Assembly: GCA_045863855.1 (NCBI GenBank)
Contig: BTVV01000013.1
Location: forward strand, 18,834-82,833
From: Planctomycetota bacterium
GTDB lineage: Bacteria; Planctomycetota; SZUA-567; H5-PLA8
DNA length: 64,000 bases
Reading direction: 5' to 3'
Below the pieces are notes generated by a model. That model was not told the DNA's origin, searched no databases, and saw only the letters and a list, made by a program, of their open reading frames with translations. A program made the translations under genes and the position numbers. Positions 54,830-64,000 of the stretch are shown piece after piece (position 1 is the stretch's first letter; each line of letters starts with the position of its first letter).

Positions 54830-57800
54830 TTGGCTACGATGGTCGGCAAGCAGATCGGGAATTACGAGATCCTGGAGGAGATCGGCCGGGGCGCCATGGG
54901 GGTGGTGTTTAAGGCGCGGCAGGTCTCGATGGACCGGATCGTGGCGTTGAAGTTCCTGCCGAAGCAGATGGCGCAGGACGAGAAGCGCGTGCAGCGCTTC
55001 ATCCGCGAAGCGCACGCGGCCGGGAAACTTTCGCATCCGCATATCGTTCATGTTCACGACGTCGGGAGCCTCGAAGGCTACCACTACATCTCGATGGAGT
55101 TCGTGGACGGAACGACGGCGCACAAGAAGCTGCACTCGAAGGGGCCGTTCAGCGAAGCGGAGTGCGTGGAACTGGGCGTCCAGATCGCGGGGGCGCTGAA
55201 GGAAGCGCACAACCACGGCATCCTGCACCGCGACATCAAGCCCGACAACTTCCTGATGGACAAGCAAGGCCGCGCTCGGCTGGCGGACCTGGGGCTGGCG
55301 CGATTCGAAGACAAGAACAACGAGGAGCAGGGGCATCTGACGCAGGACGGAACGGCGCTGGGCACGCCGCATTACATGGCGCCCGAACAGGCGCGGGGCG
55401 CGGAACTCGATGCGCGCGCCGATTTGTACGGCTTGGGCGCGTCGCTTTATACCCTTTCTTCGGGCCGGACACCTTTCGAAGGCAAGACGCCGGCGGCGAT
55501 CATGGTACAGGTGATCAGCCAGGCGCCGCCGGATCTGGACGAACTGCGCGAGGATCTCTCGCCGGGGTTCGTCGCGGTGGTGATGAAGCTTTTGGAGAAA
55601 GAGCCTGCGAAGCGCTTCCAGAGTGCGCAGGAACTGATCGAGGCGCTGGAGAAGGTGAAGGCCGGCGAGTATCTGCCGAAAGGCGCGGGCACGGGCCGCG
55701 CGGGGCGGGTGACGACGGGCAAGGTGGGCCGCGTGACGACGGGGCAGGCGGCGCGGGTGCGCGCGGGGAAGCCGGCGGGCGAAGCGGTTCGCGAAGGCGG
55801 ATCGGGTGCGGGTTTGTACATCGGTTTGGGCGCGGCGGCGGTAGCGGTGGTGGGCGCGCTGGTGCTGTTCGGCGGGAAGTCGGGCGGTACGCCGCAGGCG
55901 AAGCCGCCGAAGCCGGCGGGCACGGAAGTGGTGCGCAAACCCGAAGCGGCTCCGGCCGTACCGGTGAAACCGCAGGCTCCGGCCGCGGACGCTTCGAAAC
56001 CGGCATTCGAGGCGCTGTCGGCGCGGCACGCGGATCTGCTGGCGCGGGATCCGGCGACGCTGGCCGGCGCATGGGAGCAATTTTTAGCCGCGCATCCGCA
56101 GGCGGCTTCGAAGTCGGAGGCGCAGGCGAAGCTGGCCGAGGCGCGCGACGCGGATGAACGGCAGAAAAGCGCGTGGACGCAGGCCGAACAAGCTTCGCGG
56201 GAGGCGCTGGCGGCGGGCCGGCACGCCGACGCGCACCGCGCGCTGCAAAGCTTCCTGGAGGCGCACGGATCGTCCGCGCTAGCGGCTCAGGCGAGAGCGC
56301 AGCAGGGTCAGGTGGAAGGCGCTTGGCAGCAGGTGGCGCAGGAAGAGATCGACAAGTCCCGCGCGGCGGCGCAATCGGGCGAAACGGCCGCGGCGAAGGG
56401 CATGTTGAGCGAATTGAAGGACAAGCTGCCGGCGGCGCTGGCGGAGAAGCTGGAACTCCCCGCGCGCCTGAAAGAGCTTGAGGATCAGGAAGCGGCGATT
56501 GCGGCGAAGGTCTTGCAGGGGCATGCGGCGGACAAGCAGCGTCTGGCCGCGGCGCATACGCAGGCCGAGGCGAAGGTGCGGCATCCGGAGACGCGCTTCG
56601 CGTTTGCGCTGGCGCAGGGTGTGTACCGGCAGGCGGCCGACGAGATGAAGACGCAGGAAGGCAAGTTGGAGGCCGCGCAGTGGTCGGAGCGTTACCTGCG
56701 CGCGCAGAAGGCTTGGGAGACGGCGGCGGCGGCGGTGAAGGCGGGCAAGAAGCCAAAGGTGGAATCGATCGGGCGCTTCAAGGGCGGGGTGGAGCTTCTG
56801 GGCTGGGAAGAGCGCGGCTTGCGCTGCGATCCGGCCGGGTTGCCGGCGGGGCAGATCGCGTCCTGGAAGGACGTTACGCCCGAGCAGGCCGTGCAGGTGG
56901 CCCGCACGGGGTTGCCGGATGCGCCCACGCCGGACCAGACTTTGGACGTGGGGCTCTTCGCGTTCGCGACGGGCGCGTGGAAGCCGGCGATCGAGTCGCT
57001 GGAGGCGGCGTGCCAGGCGAAGGGCGATCTGCACGCGCTGGCCGACGAGCCGATCGCGCGGGCCAAGCTGGGATGGGAGCAGGAACGCGAGGGGCTGGCG
57101 AAGGCTGCGCTGGCGGCGGCACAGGCGGCGTTCGGGAAGCAGGACGCGCCGGGCGTGAAAGCGGGTCTGGATCCGCTGACGGGCGAAGGCGAACTGTCGG
57201 GCACCGCGTACGCGAAGGAGCAGGCGGCGGAGATCAAGAAGCTTTCGGATTGGCTGGCGCAAGCCGCCGTTCCGGCCGAGGGCGCGGCCGCCGCCGGAGG
57301 CGACGCGAAGAGCATGCTGCAGCAGTTGGGCTGGGCGGTCGTGGAAGGAGAGTGGTCGCCCGATCCGAAGAAGAAAGGCAACTTCCTGACCAAAGGCGGG
57401 AAACTCGAGTTGCCGATCAAGGACGGGGCGGTGGACGTGACCGTGAACGTGAAGCCCGAGACGAAGGTAAGCGTGTGGGTGCGTTACGACGCGGAGTTTT
57501 TCAATAAACTGCCGGAGAAGCTGGAACTGCCCGAATTCATGCGCGGGGGCGGCGACCGGACGCGCGAGATGATCCGTAACGCGATCAACGGCGATCCCGG
57601 CGACGGGTATGGGGTGCGCATCACGGGCGGCGAAGCGACGATCTTCGGGGTGAACGACCGTCCGGATCAGGGCGGCGACCGCGGTCCGCGTGGCGGGCGT
57701 GGCGGGCGCTTCGGCGGCGGTCCCGGCGGCGGAGGCTTCTGGGGCCGGGTCACGGAATTGGCCAAGCAGGTGCCGGTGGAGAAGGAACGTTTTGCGGTCG

Positions 57801-57967
57801 CGCCGACGGCGTACCGGGTGCTCGTCAACGCGAAAGACGAGAAGCTGGACATCCAGGTGGGCGACAAGACCTACCGAGCTACGTCCGGCGCACGGACGGA
57901 AGGCAAGATCCTGATCCAGGTCGAAGGCGAGGCCGAGATCAGCCTGCCCAAGGTGGCCAAGCACTGA
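54830..57967 (+). CDS. Hanks-type Ser/Thr kinase with TM and large extracytoplasmic helical/beta region
   Basis: IGRGAMGVVF, HRDIKPDN, DLGLA, GTPHYMAPEQ; TM near residue 335. Confidence 0.93.
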   Translation: MATMVGKQIGNYEILEEIGRGAMGVVFKARQVSMDRIVALKFLPKQMAQDEKRVQRFIREAHAAGKLSHPHIVHVHDVGSLEGYHYISMEFVDGTTAHKKLHSKGPFSEAECVELGVQIAGALKEAHNHGILHRDIKPDNFLMDKQGRARLADLGLARFEDKNNEEQGHLTQDGTALGTPHYMAPEQARGAELDARADLYGLGASLYTLSSGRTPFEGKTPAAIMVQVISQAPPDLDELREDLSPGFVAVVMKLLEKEPAKRFQSAQELIEALEKVKAGEYLPKGAGTGRAGRVTTGKVGRVTTGQAARVRAGKPAGEAVREGGSGAGLYIGLGAAAVAVVGALVLFGGKSGGTPQAKPPKPAGTEVVRKPEAAPAVPVKPQAPAADASKPAFEALSARHADLLARDPATLAGAWEQFLAAHPQAASKSEAQAKLAEARDADERQKSAWTQAEQASREALAAGRHADAHRALQSFLEAHGSSALAAQARAQQGQVEGAWQQVAQEEIDKSRAAAQSGETAAAKGMLSELKDKLPAALAEKLELPARLKELEDQEAAIAAKVLQGHAADKQRLAAAHTQAEAKVRHPETRFAFALAQGVYRQAADEMKTQEGKLEAAQWSERYLRAQKAWETAAAAVKAGKKPKVESIGRFKGGVELLGWEERGLRCDPAGLPAGQIASWKDVTPEQAVQVARTGLPDAPTPDQTLDVGLFAFATGAWKPAIESLEAACQAKGDLHALADEPIARAKLGWEQEREGLAKAALAAAQAAFGKQDAPGVKAGLDPLTGEGELSGTAYAKEQAAEIKKLSDWLAQAAVPAEGAAAAGGDAKSMLQQLGWAVVEGEWSPDPKKKGNFLTKGGKLELPIKDGAVDVTVNVKPETKVSVWVRYDAEFFNKLPEKLELPEFMRGGGDRTREMIRNAINGDPGDGYGVRITGGEATIFGVNDRPDQGGDRGPRGGRGGRFGGGPGGGGFWGRVTELAKQVPVEKERFAVAPTAYRVLVNAKDEKLDIQVGDKTYRATSGARTEGKILIQVEGEAEISLPKVAKH

Positions 57968-58024
57968 AGCCGGCGACCGCGTTCGCGCGTGACCGCGGTG
58001 CGTTCGGCGGGTAACGTAGCTCCC

Positions 58025-58858
58025 GTGAAGACGCTGATTCTCTCCGATCTGCATCTGGGCCATCCTTCTTCGCGCCTGGACCCGGCGGGCCTGGAGGCGC
58101 TGGGCCGGTTGGCGTCGCGCTTTGACCGCGTGATCTTGAACGGCGACGCGCTGGACCGCTGGGAGCGCCCGGATCCGACGCCGGAGATGCAGGCGTGGCG
58201 GGCGCGTCTGGAGCGGACGCTGGTGGCGCGCGAAGGCCCTGCCGAGCTGTTGACGGGGAATCACGATCCTGCGATTTCCGAACGGCATTACTGCTACCTC
58301 GAAGAAGCGCAGGCGCTGGTCTTTCACGGGGACTATGTGCTGGATTGCGCGTCGCCGTGGATGTGGCACGCGGGGGTCTTCAAGCAGACGTTTCGGGCGG
58401 CGTGGTCGGAAGCCGGAGGCGGCGATCACTTCGCTCGTCGGGCGGAGGTTTTCCGGCGGGTGCAGCGGGCGTTTCTGTCGGCGCATCCCGAGGACTACGC
58501 GAAGGAAGCGCTGCGTCCGGGGCCTTATCTTTTGCGGCAGATGCTGAGCCCGCGCCGCGCGGTGCGGATCGCGCATTATCTGGTGCGGATGCCGGCGTGG
58601 GTGGCGCGGCGGGCGGCTGGATTCGACCGGCCGGTGACGCGGGCGGTGGTGGGGCACAGCCACCGGGCGGGGGTCTGGCGAGTGGGGGCGCTGGAGGTCT
58701 GCAATACGGGGAGCTTCATGCCGTTCTCGCAGCCTTGGGGCTTGGTGGTGGAAGGCGCGTCGGCTCGGCGCGAGCCGGTGGCGGCGTTGCTGGACGGGTT
58801 AGGGCGTGCGGTGGCGGTCTCGGCGGCGGGCCTGGAAGGCACTCACCCGGTGCGCTGA
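58025..58858 (+). CDS. Calcineurin-like metallophosphoesterase
   Basis: SDLHLG, NGDALD, GNHD, HGD, GHSH, NTGS. Confidence 0.9.
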   Translation: MKTLILSDLHLGHPSSRLDPAGLEALGRLASRFDRVILNGDALDRWERPDPTPEMQAWRARLERTLVAREGPAELLTGNHDPAISERHYCYLEEAQALVFHGDYVLDCASPWMWHAGVFKQTFRAAWSEAGGGDHFARRAEVFRRVQRAFLSAHPEDYAKEALRPGPYLLRQMLSPRRAVRIAHYLVRMPAWVARRAAGFDRPVTRAVVGHSHRAGVWRVGALEVCNTGSFMPFSQPWGLVVEGASARREPVAALLDGLGRAVAVSAAGLEGTHPVR

Positions 58859-59005
58859 ATTCGGTAAGCATCAAACCTAGTTGACGTTAAGGGGGCGGTA
58901 CTTAGGATGTGGGGGCCGCTTGGACGCGCCCCAGAAGACGAAGGTGGCGCATCTTTTTGTCCTCGAACGAAGTTCAGGCCTGTCGGGCACACCGGGGAGC
59001 TTCAG

Positions 59006-59377
59006 ATGAATGTACGGATCGAAGGGCGTCACCTGAAGGTGACCCCGGCCTTGCAGGAACACGTGCACAAGAAGGTCGATAATCTGAATAAGTACTTCGA
59101 CGGGGTGCAAGACCTGCATGTGATCCTGAGTCTGAAGGAACCGAAGCATCACGCGGCGGAAATCGTGGCCGAGGTGGTGCGGGGCCAGCCGCTGGTGGCC
59201 CAAGCGGCGCACGAGGACATGTACCTGGCGATCGACGAAGCGGTGCACAAGATTCGCGAGCATTTGAAGAAGTTCAAAGAGCGGATGCGTACGCGCAAGC
59301 GCAACAGCGGCCGCCTGGCTCAGCAACCTCCCACGCCGGTTGTATCGGAAGAGGTCGAGGACGAAGAAGACGCGTGA
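59006..59377 (+). CDS. hpf: Ribosome hibernation factor HPF/RaiA
   Basis: IEGRHLKVTPALQEHV..K, DMYLAID. Confidence 0.92.
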   Translation: MNVRIEGRHLKVTPALQEHVHKKVDNLNKYFDGVQDLHVILSLKEPKHHAAEIVAEVVRGQPLVAQAAHEDMYLAIDEAVHKIREHLKKFKERMRTRKRNSGRLAQQPPTPVVSEEVEDEEDA

Positions 59378-59451
59378 ACGCGAAGCAGGGGCCTCGCGAA
59401 ACGCATCACGAACTTGGACGGCACCTCAGGGACTAAGGAGCGGCAGGGCGG

Positions 59452-59928
59452 ATGAAACTCACGGACATCATCCCCGACGGCGGCATCAGCGACGATTTGC
59501 AGTCGACCGAGAAGGAGTCGGTGATTCGCGAGCTGGTGGAATTGCTGGTGAAAGCCGGGCGGGTGGATACGGAGTCCTCGAAGAAGGTGGTCAAGGCGTT
59601 GATGGACCGCGAGGAACTGGGATCGACGGGGATCGGGCAGGGCGTGGCGGTACCGCACGCGAAGCACGATTCGATCACGGATCTGGTTTGCGCGTTCGGG
59701 CGTTCGAAGCGCGGCGTGAACTTCGACGCGCTGGACGGCGAGCCGGTTTACGTGTTCTTCCTGCTGCTGTCCTCGAAGGGCGCCTCGGGTTCGCACCTGG
59801 AAGCGCTGGCCTTCATCTCCCGGCTGGTGCGCGACGAGAAGTTCGTCAAGTTCCTGCGCGACGGTAAGGACGTGAAGGATATCCGCGACGTGCTGGGCGA
59901 GGCCGACCAAGCCTTCGGCGGCGTGTAA
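59452..59928 (+). CDS. ptsN: PTS EIIA (Ntr/Fru type)
   Basis: REELGSTGIGQGVAVPHAK, FDALDGEPV. Confidence 0.9.
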   Translation: MKLTDIIPDGGISDDLQSTEKESVIRELVELLVKAGRVDTESSKKVVKALMDREELGSTGIGQGVAVPHAKHDSITDLVCAFGRSKRGVNFDALDGEPVYVFFLLLSSKGASGSHLEALAFISRLVRDEKFVKFLRDGKDVKDIRDVLGEADQAFGGV

Positions 59929-60012
59929 GCTCGGCCGTACTTTTTCGCACGCAGCTTTAGCGGACCGCTCCTCGCGGTCCGTTCCTGTTATTCATCCACG
60001 GGCAGGCAGGCC

Positions 60013-61314
60013 ATGGAGAAGATCCTGAAGTGGCTGCGGCCGGGTCTGCGCATCAAGCGCTGGATCGCGGTCATCCTCGTCGGCATTCTCTTCGCCGTAT
60101 TCGCTTCCGCCGCGCTGGTCGTTTTCGCCAATAGCACCTCTGGCTTTGAGCCGGAAGGATGGAAGCTCGTCCTGGCCGCGGTGCTGGGCTTCACACTGGC
60201 CGCGTTCTGCCTGATCACGGGCATCTACCGGCTGATCAAATCCATGTGGGGGCTGATTGACCGGCGCGGCGGCGGGAAGGGCCTGGTCGACGCGGCCTAC
60301 AAGCGCGCGGTGCTCAGCCGCGGCCCGCATGTTGTGGCCATCGGCGGCGGCACGGGGTTGTCGGTGCTGCTGTCGGGGCTGCGCGAACAGTCGGCGTACA
60401 CCACGGCGATCGTGAGCATGGCCGACGACGGGGGTTCGTCGGGCAAGCTGCGCCAGGAGCTGGGCTTGCAGCCGCCGGGCGATCTGCGCAAATGCCTGAT
60501 CGCGCTGGCCGACGAAGAGCCGCTGATGGGCGAGCTGCTCGACTACCGATTTCCCGAGCACGAACTGGGCGGGCATAACTTCGGGAACTTATTCCTCACG
60601 GTGCTGGCGCGGATTCGCGGGGATTTCGGCGCGGGCGTGCGCGAAGCGAACCGGATTCTTTCGGTGAACGGGCAGGTGCTGCCCAGCACGCTGGACCGCA
60701 TCTTCCTGGTCGCCGATCACGAGGACGGGACGAAGACGACGGGCCAGGCGCAGATCGCCAAGTCCGAGAAGCGGATCAAGCGGCTGGAACTGAAGCCCAA
60801 ACCCGAGCCGGCGGCGCCGGACATCCTGCGCGCGATCGAAGAGGCCGACCTGATCGTGCTGGGGCCGGGGAGCCTGTACACGTCGGTGCTGCCGAATCTG
60901 CTGATCGACGGGATGGCGGCGGCGCTGGCGCGGGCGAAGGCGAAAAAGGTATTCGTGATCAACATCATGACCTACGAAGGCGAGACGCGCGGGTACCAGC
61001 TTCCCGATTTCCTGCAGGCGATCGACCGGCACACGTCGCCGTACCGGGTTTACGATTACGTGCTGGTGAACAACGGGAAGATCGAGTTGAAACCTCCGGC
61101 GGGGGACAAAGCGGCGCCGGTGAAGCAAGGCCAGGCGGCGGATACGTACGTGGTTCACGACAAGGTCGCGCGGCTGGTGACGTACGACGCTCAGGCCTAC
61201 GCGGGGGAGCCGTTCAAGCTGGTGGCGGCGGACGTGGTGAACCCGGCGTATCCGATCCGGCACGATTCGGGGAAGCTGGCGGAGTCGCTGCTGACGATCT
61301 TGAAAGAGCTGTGA
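60013..61314 (+). CDS. yvcK: YvcK/GlmR (CofD-related) protein with N-terminal TM helices
   Basis: AIGGGTGLS, ADDGGSSG.LR, PPGD.R.CL, GHNFGNL, GPGSLYTS, RHD. Confidence 0.9.
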   Translation: MEKILKWLRPGLRIKRWIAVILVGILFAVFASAALVVFANSTSGFEPEGWKLVLAAVLGFTLAAFCLITGIYRLIKSMWGLIDRRGGGKGLVDAAYKRAVLSRGPHVVAIGGGTGLSVLLSGLREQSAYTTAIVSMADDGGSSGKLRQELGLQPPGDLRKCLIALADEEPLMGELLDYRFPEHELGGHNFGNLFLTVLARIRGDFGAGVREANRILSVNGQVLPSTLDRIFLVADHEDGTKTTGQAQIAKSEKRIKRLELKPKPEPAAPDILRAIEEADLIVLGPGSLYTSVLPNLLIDGMAAALARAKAKKVFVINIMTYEGETRGYQLPDFLQAIDRHTSPYRVYDYVLVNNGKIELKPPAGDKAAPVKQGQAADTYVVHDKVARLVTYDAQAYAGEPFKLVAADVVNPAYPIRHDSGKLAESLLTILKEL

Positions 61315-61438
61315 ATCCGCCTCGGCACTGGCGCTGGAGCCCCTTTCGCCGTATATGGTTAGGGATTCCGGTGCAATGCCGCCCGCGGGCCTTGGAGAAG
61401 GCGTGCGAACGGCTTGGCGGGGCGAAAGGGCAGCGGGC

Positions 61439-61738
61439 ATGAGCGACGAATGGTTGACTCGTCGCATCAGCCTGAAAAATAAGCACGGGCTGCATATGCG
61501 CCCGGCGCAGAAGATCGTCGAGACCGCGACGCGCTTTCAATCGGAAGTCCGGGCCACCAAGGACCATCTCGATTTTTCCGCCAAAAGCATCCTCGACATG
61601 ATCGAGTTTGCGGCGTACATGGTCAACGCGGCGGCGCACGAAGACAACGAGTTCACCTTCAAGGCCAAAGGCCCCGATGCTCAGGCGGCGCTGGACGAGC
61701 TGGATAAGCTCGTCAACGCGCGCTTCGGGCTCGACTGA
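61439..61738 (+). CDS. ptsH: HPr family phosphocarrier
   Basis: GLHMRPA (His15), AKSILDM (Ser46), A.GPDA..AL. Confidence 0.88.
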   Translation: MSDEWLTRRISLKNKHGLHMRPAQKIVETATRFQSEVRATKDHLDFSAKSILDMIEFAAYMVNAAAHEDNEFTFKAKGPDAQAALDELDKLVNARFGLD

Positions 61739-61768
61739 GCGCCGCGCCGGCCGGCGCCGGGGTGTCGC

Positions 61769-62563
61769 ATGCGCGTTGAAGCTCCGCTGGTCGCCGAGCT
61801 CATCAACTTCGGCAGCCACGTCTATCCATCGCAAGTTCAACGCTGGGATACGCATCTTCACGGCTTCCATCAGCTCGACGTGACCTTGGCCGGCGAGGTC
61901 TGGCTGGAGGTGGAAGGCGGGAAGCCGTTCCATTCTCGACGGGGGGATGCGGTGCTGGTGCCGCCGCTGGTGCGTCACGCGCACCGCACGCGGCGGGGCA
62001 TGACGATCGGGATGTTCAAGTTCCGCGCGGCGCCACGGTACTGGGCGCTGTTGGGGCGACGGCCGCGCGGGCTGCGCCTGCCGGAGGGACTGGTGGCGCA
62101 GGTGGAGGACGCGGGGCGCGCGATGCGGGAGCATGCGGCGTTGGCGCGGCCGCAAGCGCTGGCGGCGTTGACCTTGTGCCTGGTCGAGACGGTGCGGCGC
62201 GGGGGCGCCGCAGCGCCGGCGGCGGCCGATCCGGCGGCAGGGCGTTTCTGGCGCGTGCTGGAGCAGGTGGAGTCGGAGCCGTTCGGGACCTGGAGCGTGA
62301 CGAAGTTGGCGGGCGAGTGCCACCTGTCGCCGGATCATTTCGCGCGTTCGTTCCACGCGCTTCTGGGGCAGCCACCGAGAGAGTACTTACTCGGCTTGCG
62401 CATGCGCGCGGCGGCGCAGGTGCTTTCCGACGAGTCCGAGGTGGCGATCAAGCACCTGGCCGAGCAGGCCGGCTACGCGACGGTGCATGCGTTCGCGCGG
62501 GCTTTCCGGCGCGTGCTGGGGGCGCCGCCGGGCGCGTACCGGCGCGAGCGTTCGGAGCTGTAG
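61769..62563 (+). CDS. AraC family transcriptional regulator
   Basis: Cupin H.H; LAGECHLSPDHF; LAEQAGYA..FARAFRR. Confidence 0.9.
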   Translation: MRVEAPLVAELINFGSHVYPSQVQRWDTHLHGFHQLDVTLAGEVWLEVEGGKPFHSRRGDAVLVPPLVRHAHRTRRGMTIGMFKFRAAPRYWALLGRRPRGLRLPEGLVAQVEDAGRAMREHAALARPQALAALTLCLVETVRRGGAAAPAAADPAAGRFWRVLEQVESEPFGTWSVTKLAGECHLSPDHFARSFHALLGQPPREYLLGLRMRAAAQVLSDESEVAIKHLAEQAGYATVHAFARAFRRVLGAPPGAYRRERSEL

Positions 62564-62681
62564 CCGGGCAGATCACGGATTCGGGTAAAAACGAGCCGGG
62601 TGGGGCTACATACGTACCGGGGTAAATCGCGTAGGTTGATTCCAGCGCCGAACGGATTCGGCCCCTACGAGGAACCCCGCC

Positions 62682-63614
62682 ATGCCTGCCGCCGCCGCTT
62701 GCATCGAACCGTGCCCCGCGCAACTAAGTTCGGATCAGATCGAGCGCTTCCGCGCCGACGGATACCTGGCCTTCGACGGATTCCTGGACGCTGCGCGCGT
62801 CGCCGAAGGGCAAGCGGCGATGACGGAACTGCTGCGCACGCTGGTGGAACGCGCGCGCGGAGGCGAATTGAAGCTCGATCGCAACCCTGCTGCGATGCGG
62901 AATTATTCGGGCTACCGGATTATGGAGCCGGGCGCGGATACGGGGGTGCTCTTCGAGCCGGGGTTGGAAATCGATTTGGAGCGCATGGACTTCGCGACGC
63001 TGGAGCGGAGCTACCGGAAGTTTTCGACGCCTAGCAAAGGGCATGGGTATTTCGCGCGCTTGAGCGCCGATACGCGGCTGACGCGGCTGCTGGAGCCGCT
63101 GCTGGGTCCGGCGCCGATCCTGTACGGCGACATGGCGCTGTGCAAGCCGCCGCGGATCGGTTCGTCGAAGCCTTGGCATCAGGACAGCGCGTATTTCCTG
63201 TACGAGCCGTTCGATGCCGGAGTGGACGTGTGGATCGCGCTGGACGACGCGACGATCGAGAACGGCTGCATGTTCGTGCTGCCGGGCGCGCATCATCTGG
63301 GGCCGCGGCGGCACGAGCATCGCGACGACTGCACGGTCGCGGACGGTCGGTTGGACCTCACGCAGGCCGTGCCGGTGGAATTGAAAGCGGGCGGAGTGCT
63401 GCTTTTCTCGGTGGTGCTGCCGCATTACACGCCGCCAAACCGCTCGGAACGGCGGCGGCGCGCGATGCAGCTCTTCTACCGCGGCGCGCAAACGCGGCTG
63501 ATCGGTGCGGACGAGAAGCTGGCGAACTACCGCGAGAGCGACGGCACGCCGGCCTCGTGCGCGGCGGCGGGGCAGGCGGCGAACAAAAGGGCGCTTGGCG
63601 CGGCGGACGCGTAA
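62682..63614 (+). CDS. PhyH-family dioxygenase
   Basis: FRADGY, KPPRIGSSKPWHQD, NGCMFVLPG.H, PHYTPPNRS.RRRR. Confidence 0.92.
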   Translation: MPAAAACIEPCPAQLSSDQIERFRADGYLAFDGFLDAARVAEGQAAMTELLRTLVERARGGELKLDRNPAAMRNYSGYRIMEPGADTGVLFEPGLEIDLERMDFATLERSYRKFSTPSKGHGYFARLSADTRLTRLLEPLLGPAPILYGDMALCKPPRIGSSKPWHQDSAYFLYEPFDAGVDVWIALDDATIENGCMFVLPGAHHLGPRRHEHRDDCTVADGRLDLTQAVPVELKAGGVLLFSVVLPHYTPPNRSERRRRAMQLFYRGAQTRLIGADEKLANYRESDGTPASCAAAGQAANKRALGAADA

Positions 63615-63618
63615 TCGT

Positions 63619-64000
63619 TCATTCCGCGCGCCGCCAGCCCAGCAGCGGATCGGGATCGAAAGCCGTCAGGGCCTTGACCGTCGCTTCGGTGAGCGGTCCG
63701 AAATCGGCTTCGTACATCGCGCCCCCCGGACCCAGCAGATAGCAGTGCCTGCCGCTGCGGGGATACTGGGCGGGCCAGGCCAGCACGGCGTAGCCGCCGA
63801 TCCATTGGCCGTCCCGAACATACTCCTGGACTTTGCCCGGCGCATGCTCGCCCTGCCGCGGCAGGAGTTTGAAGAAGTACCCGCGCCTGGGGATGGCGGC
63901 GGCGCCTTCGCGCGGCGCGGCGTCGGCGAGCGGGGGGACGACGGGTCCGCGCGCGGCGCGTTCCTGCAGCGCTCCGGCGTAGGTGTGGACCGTGTCGCGA
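63619..64000 (-). CDS. 3' part of a DUF2950-like protein (5' end outside window)
   Basis: Manual translation: PRRGYFFKLLPRQG..GGYAVLAWPAQY..G..MYEADFGP..FDPD..W, stop at 63619-63621. Confidence 0.7.
   Translation of the reverse strand, partial: RDTVHTYAGALQERAARGPVVPPLADAAPREGAAAIPRRGYFFKLLPRQGEHAPGKVQEYVRDGQWIGGYAVLAWPAQYPRSGRHCYLLGPGGAMYEADFGPLTEATVKALTAFDPDPLLGWRRAE

Noticed and set aside
57660..57740. RGG-type RNA-binding motif in the large kinase
   Set aside because: Lies C-terminal to the TM helix (extracytoplasmic); similar Gly/Arg linkers occur in the secreted 42216..43247 protein

Overview
High-GC bacterial window of about 54 protein-coding genes. A Planctomycetota-like origin is inferred from the Ser/Thr kinases, FHA/STN proteins, ECF sigma and the many Gfo/Idh/MocA, AraC and PhyH genes. 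Housekeeping genes: metG, moaA, ribBA, a CPD photolyase, an isolated rplC, and hpf-ptsN-yvcK-HPr. No rRNA, tRNA or CRISPR array was recognised. Main points of interest: (1) a compact Rieske / fused cytochrome b6+subunit IV / membrane-anchored octaheme HAO-family operon, whose Rieske gene has an in-frame TAA between its two cluster-binding boxes; (2) a candidate leader-peptide attenuator (MTVRIPQL plus terminator/antiterminator) in front of an uncharacterised very basic protein; (3) a monocistronic rplC with its own promoter, structured leader and terminator, and a remodelled peptidyl-transferase-proximal loop; (4) a 37-aa ORF coupled at both ends between an ECF sigma and its anti-sigma, upstream of two Spy/CpxP-like paralogs; (5) a lower-GC island (about 35.1-39.1 kb) opened by an AAGTGTAA repeat array and containing a REP-associated tyrosine transposase; (6) a REC-HisKA-HATPase-STAS kinase, a PhyH enzyme with a halogenase-like HxG motif, and several structured intergenic elements. 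All calls come from reading motifs by eye; no searches were run.
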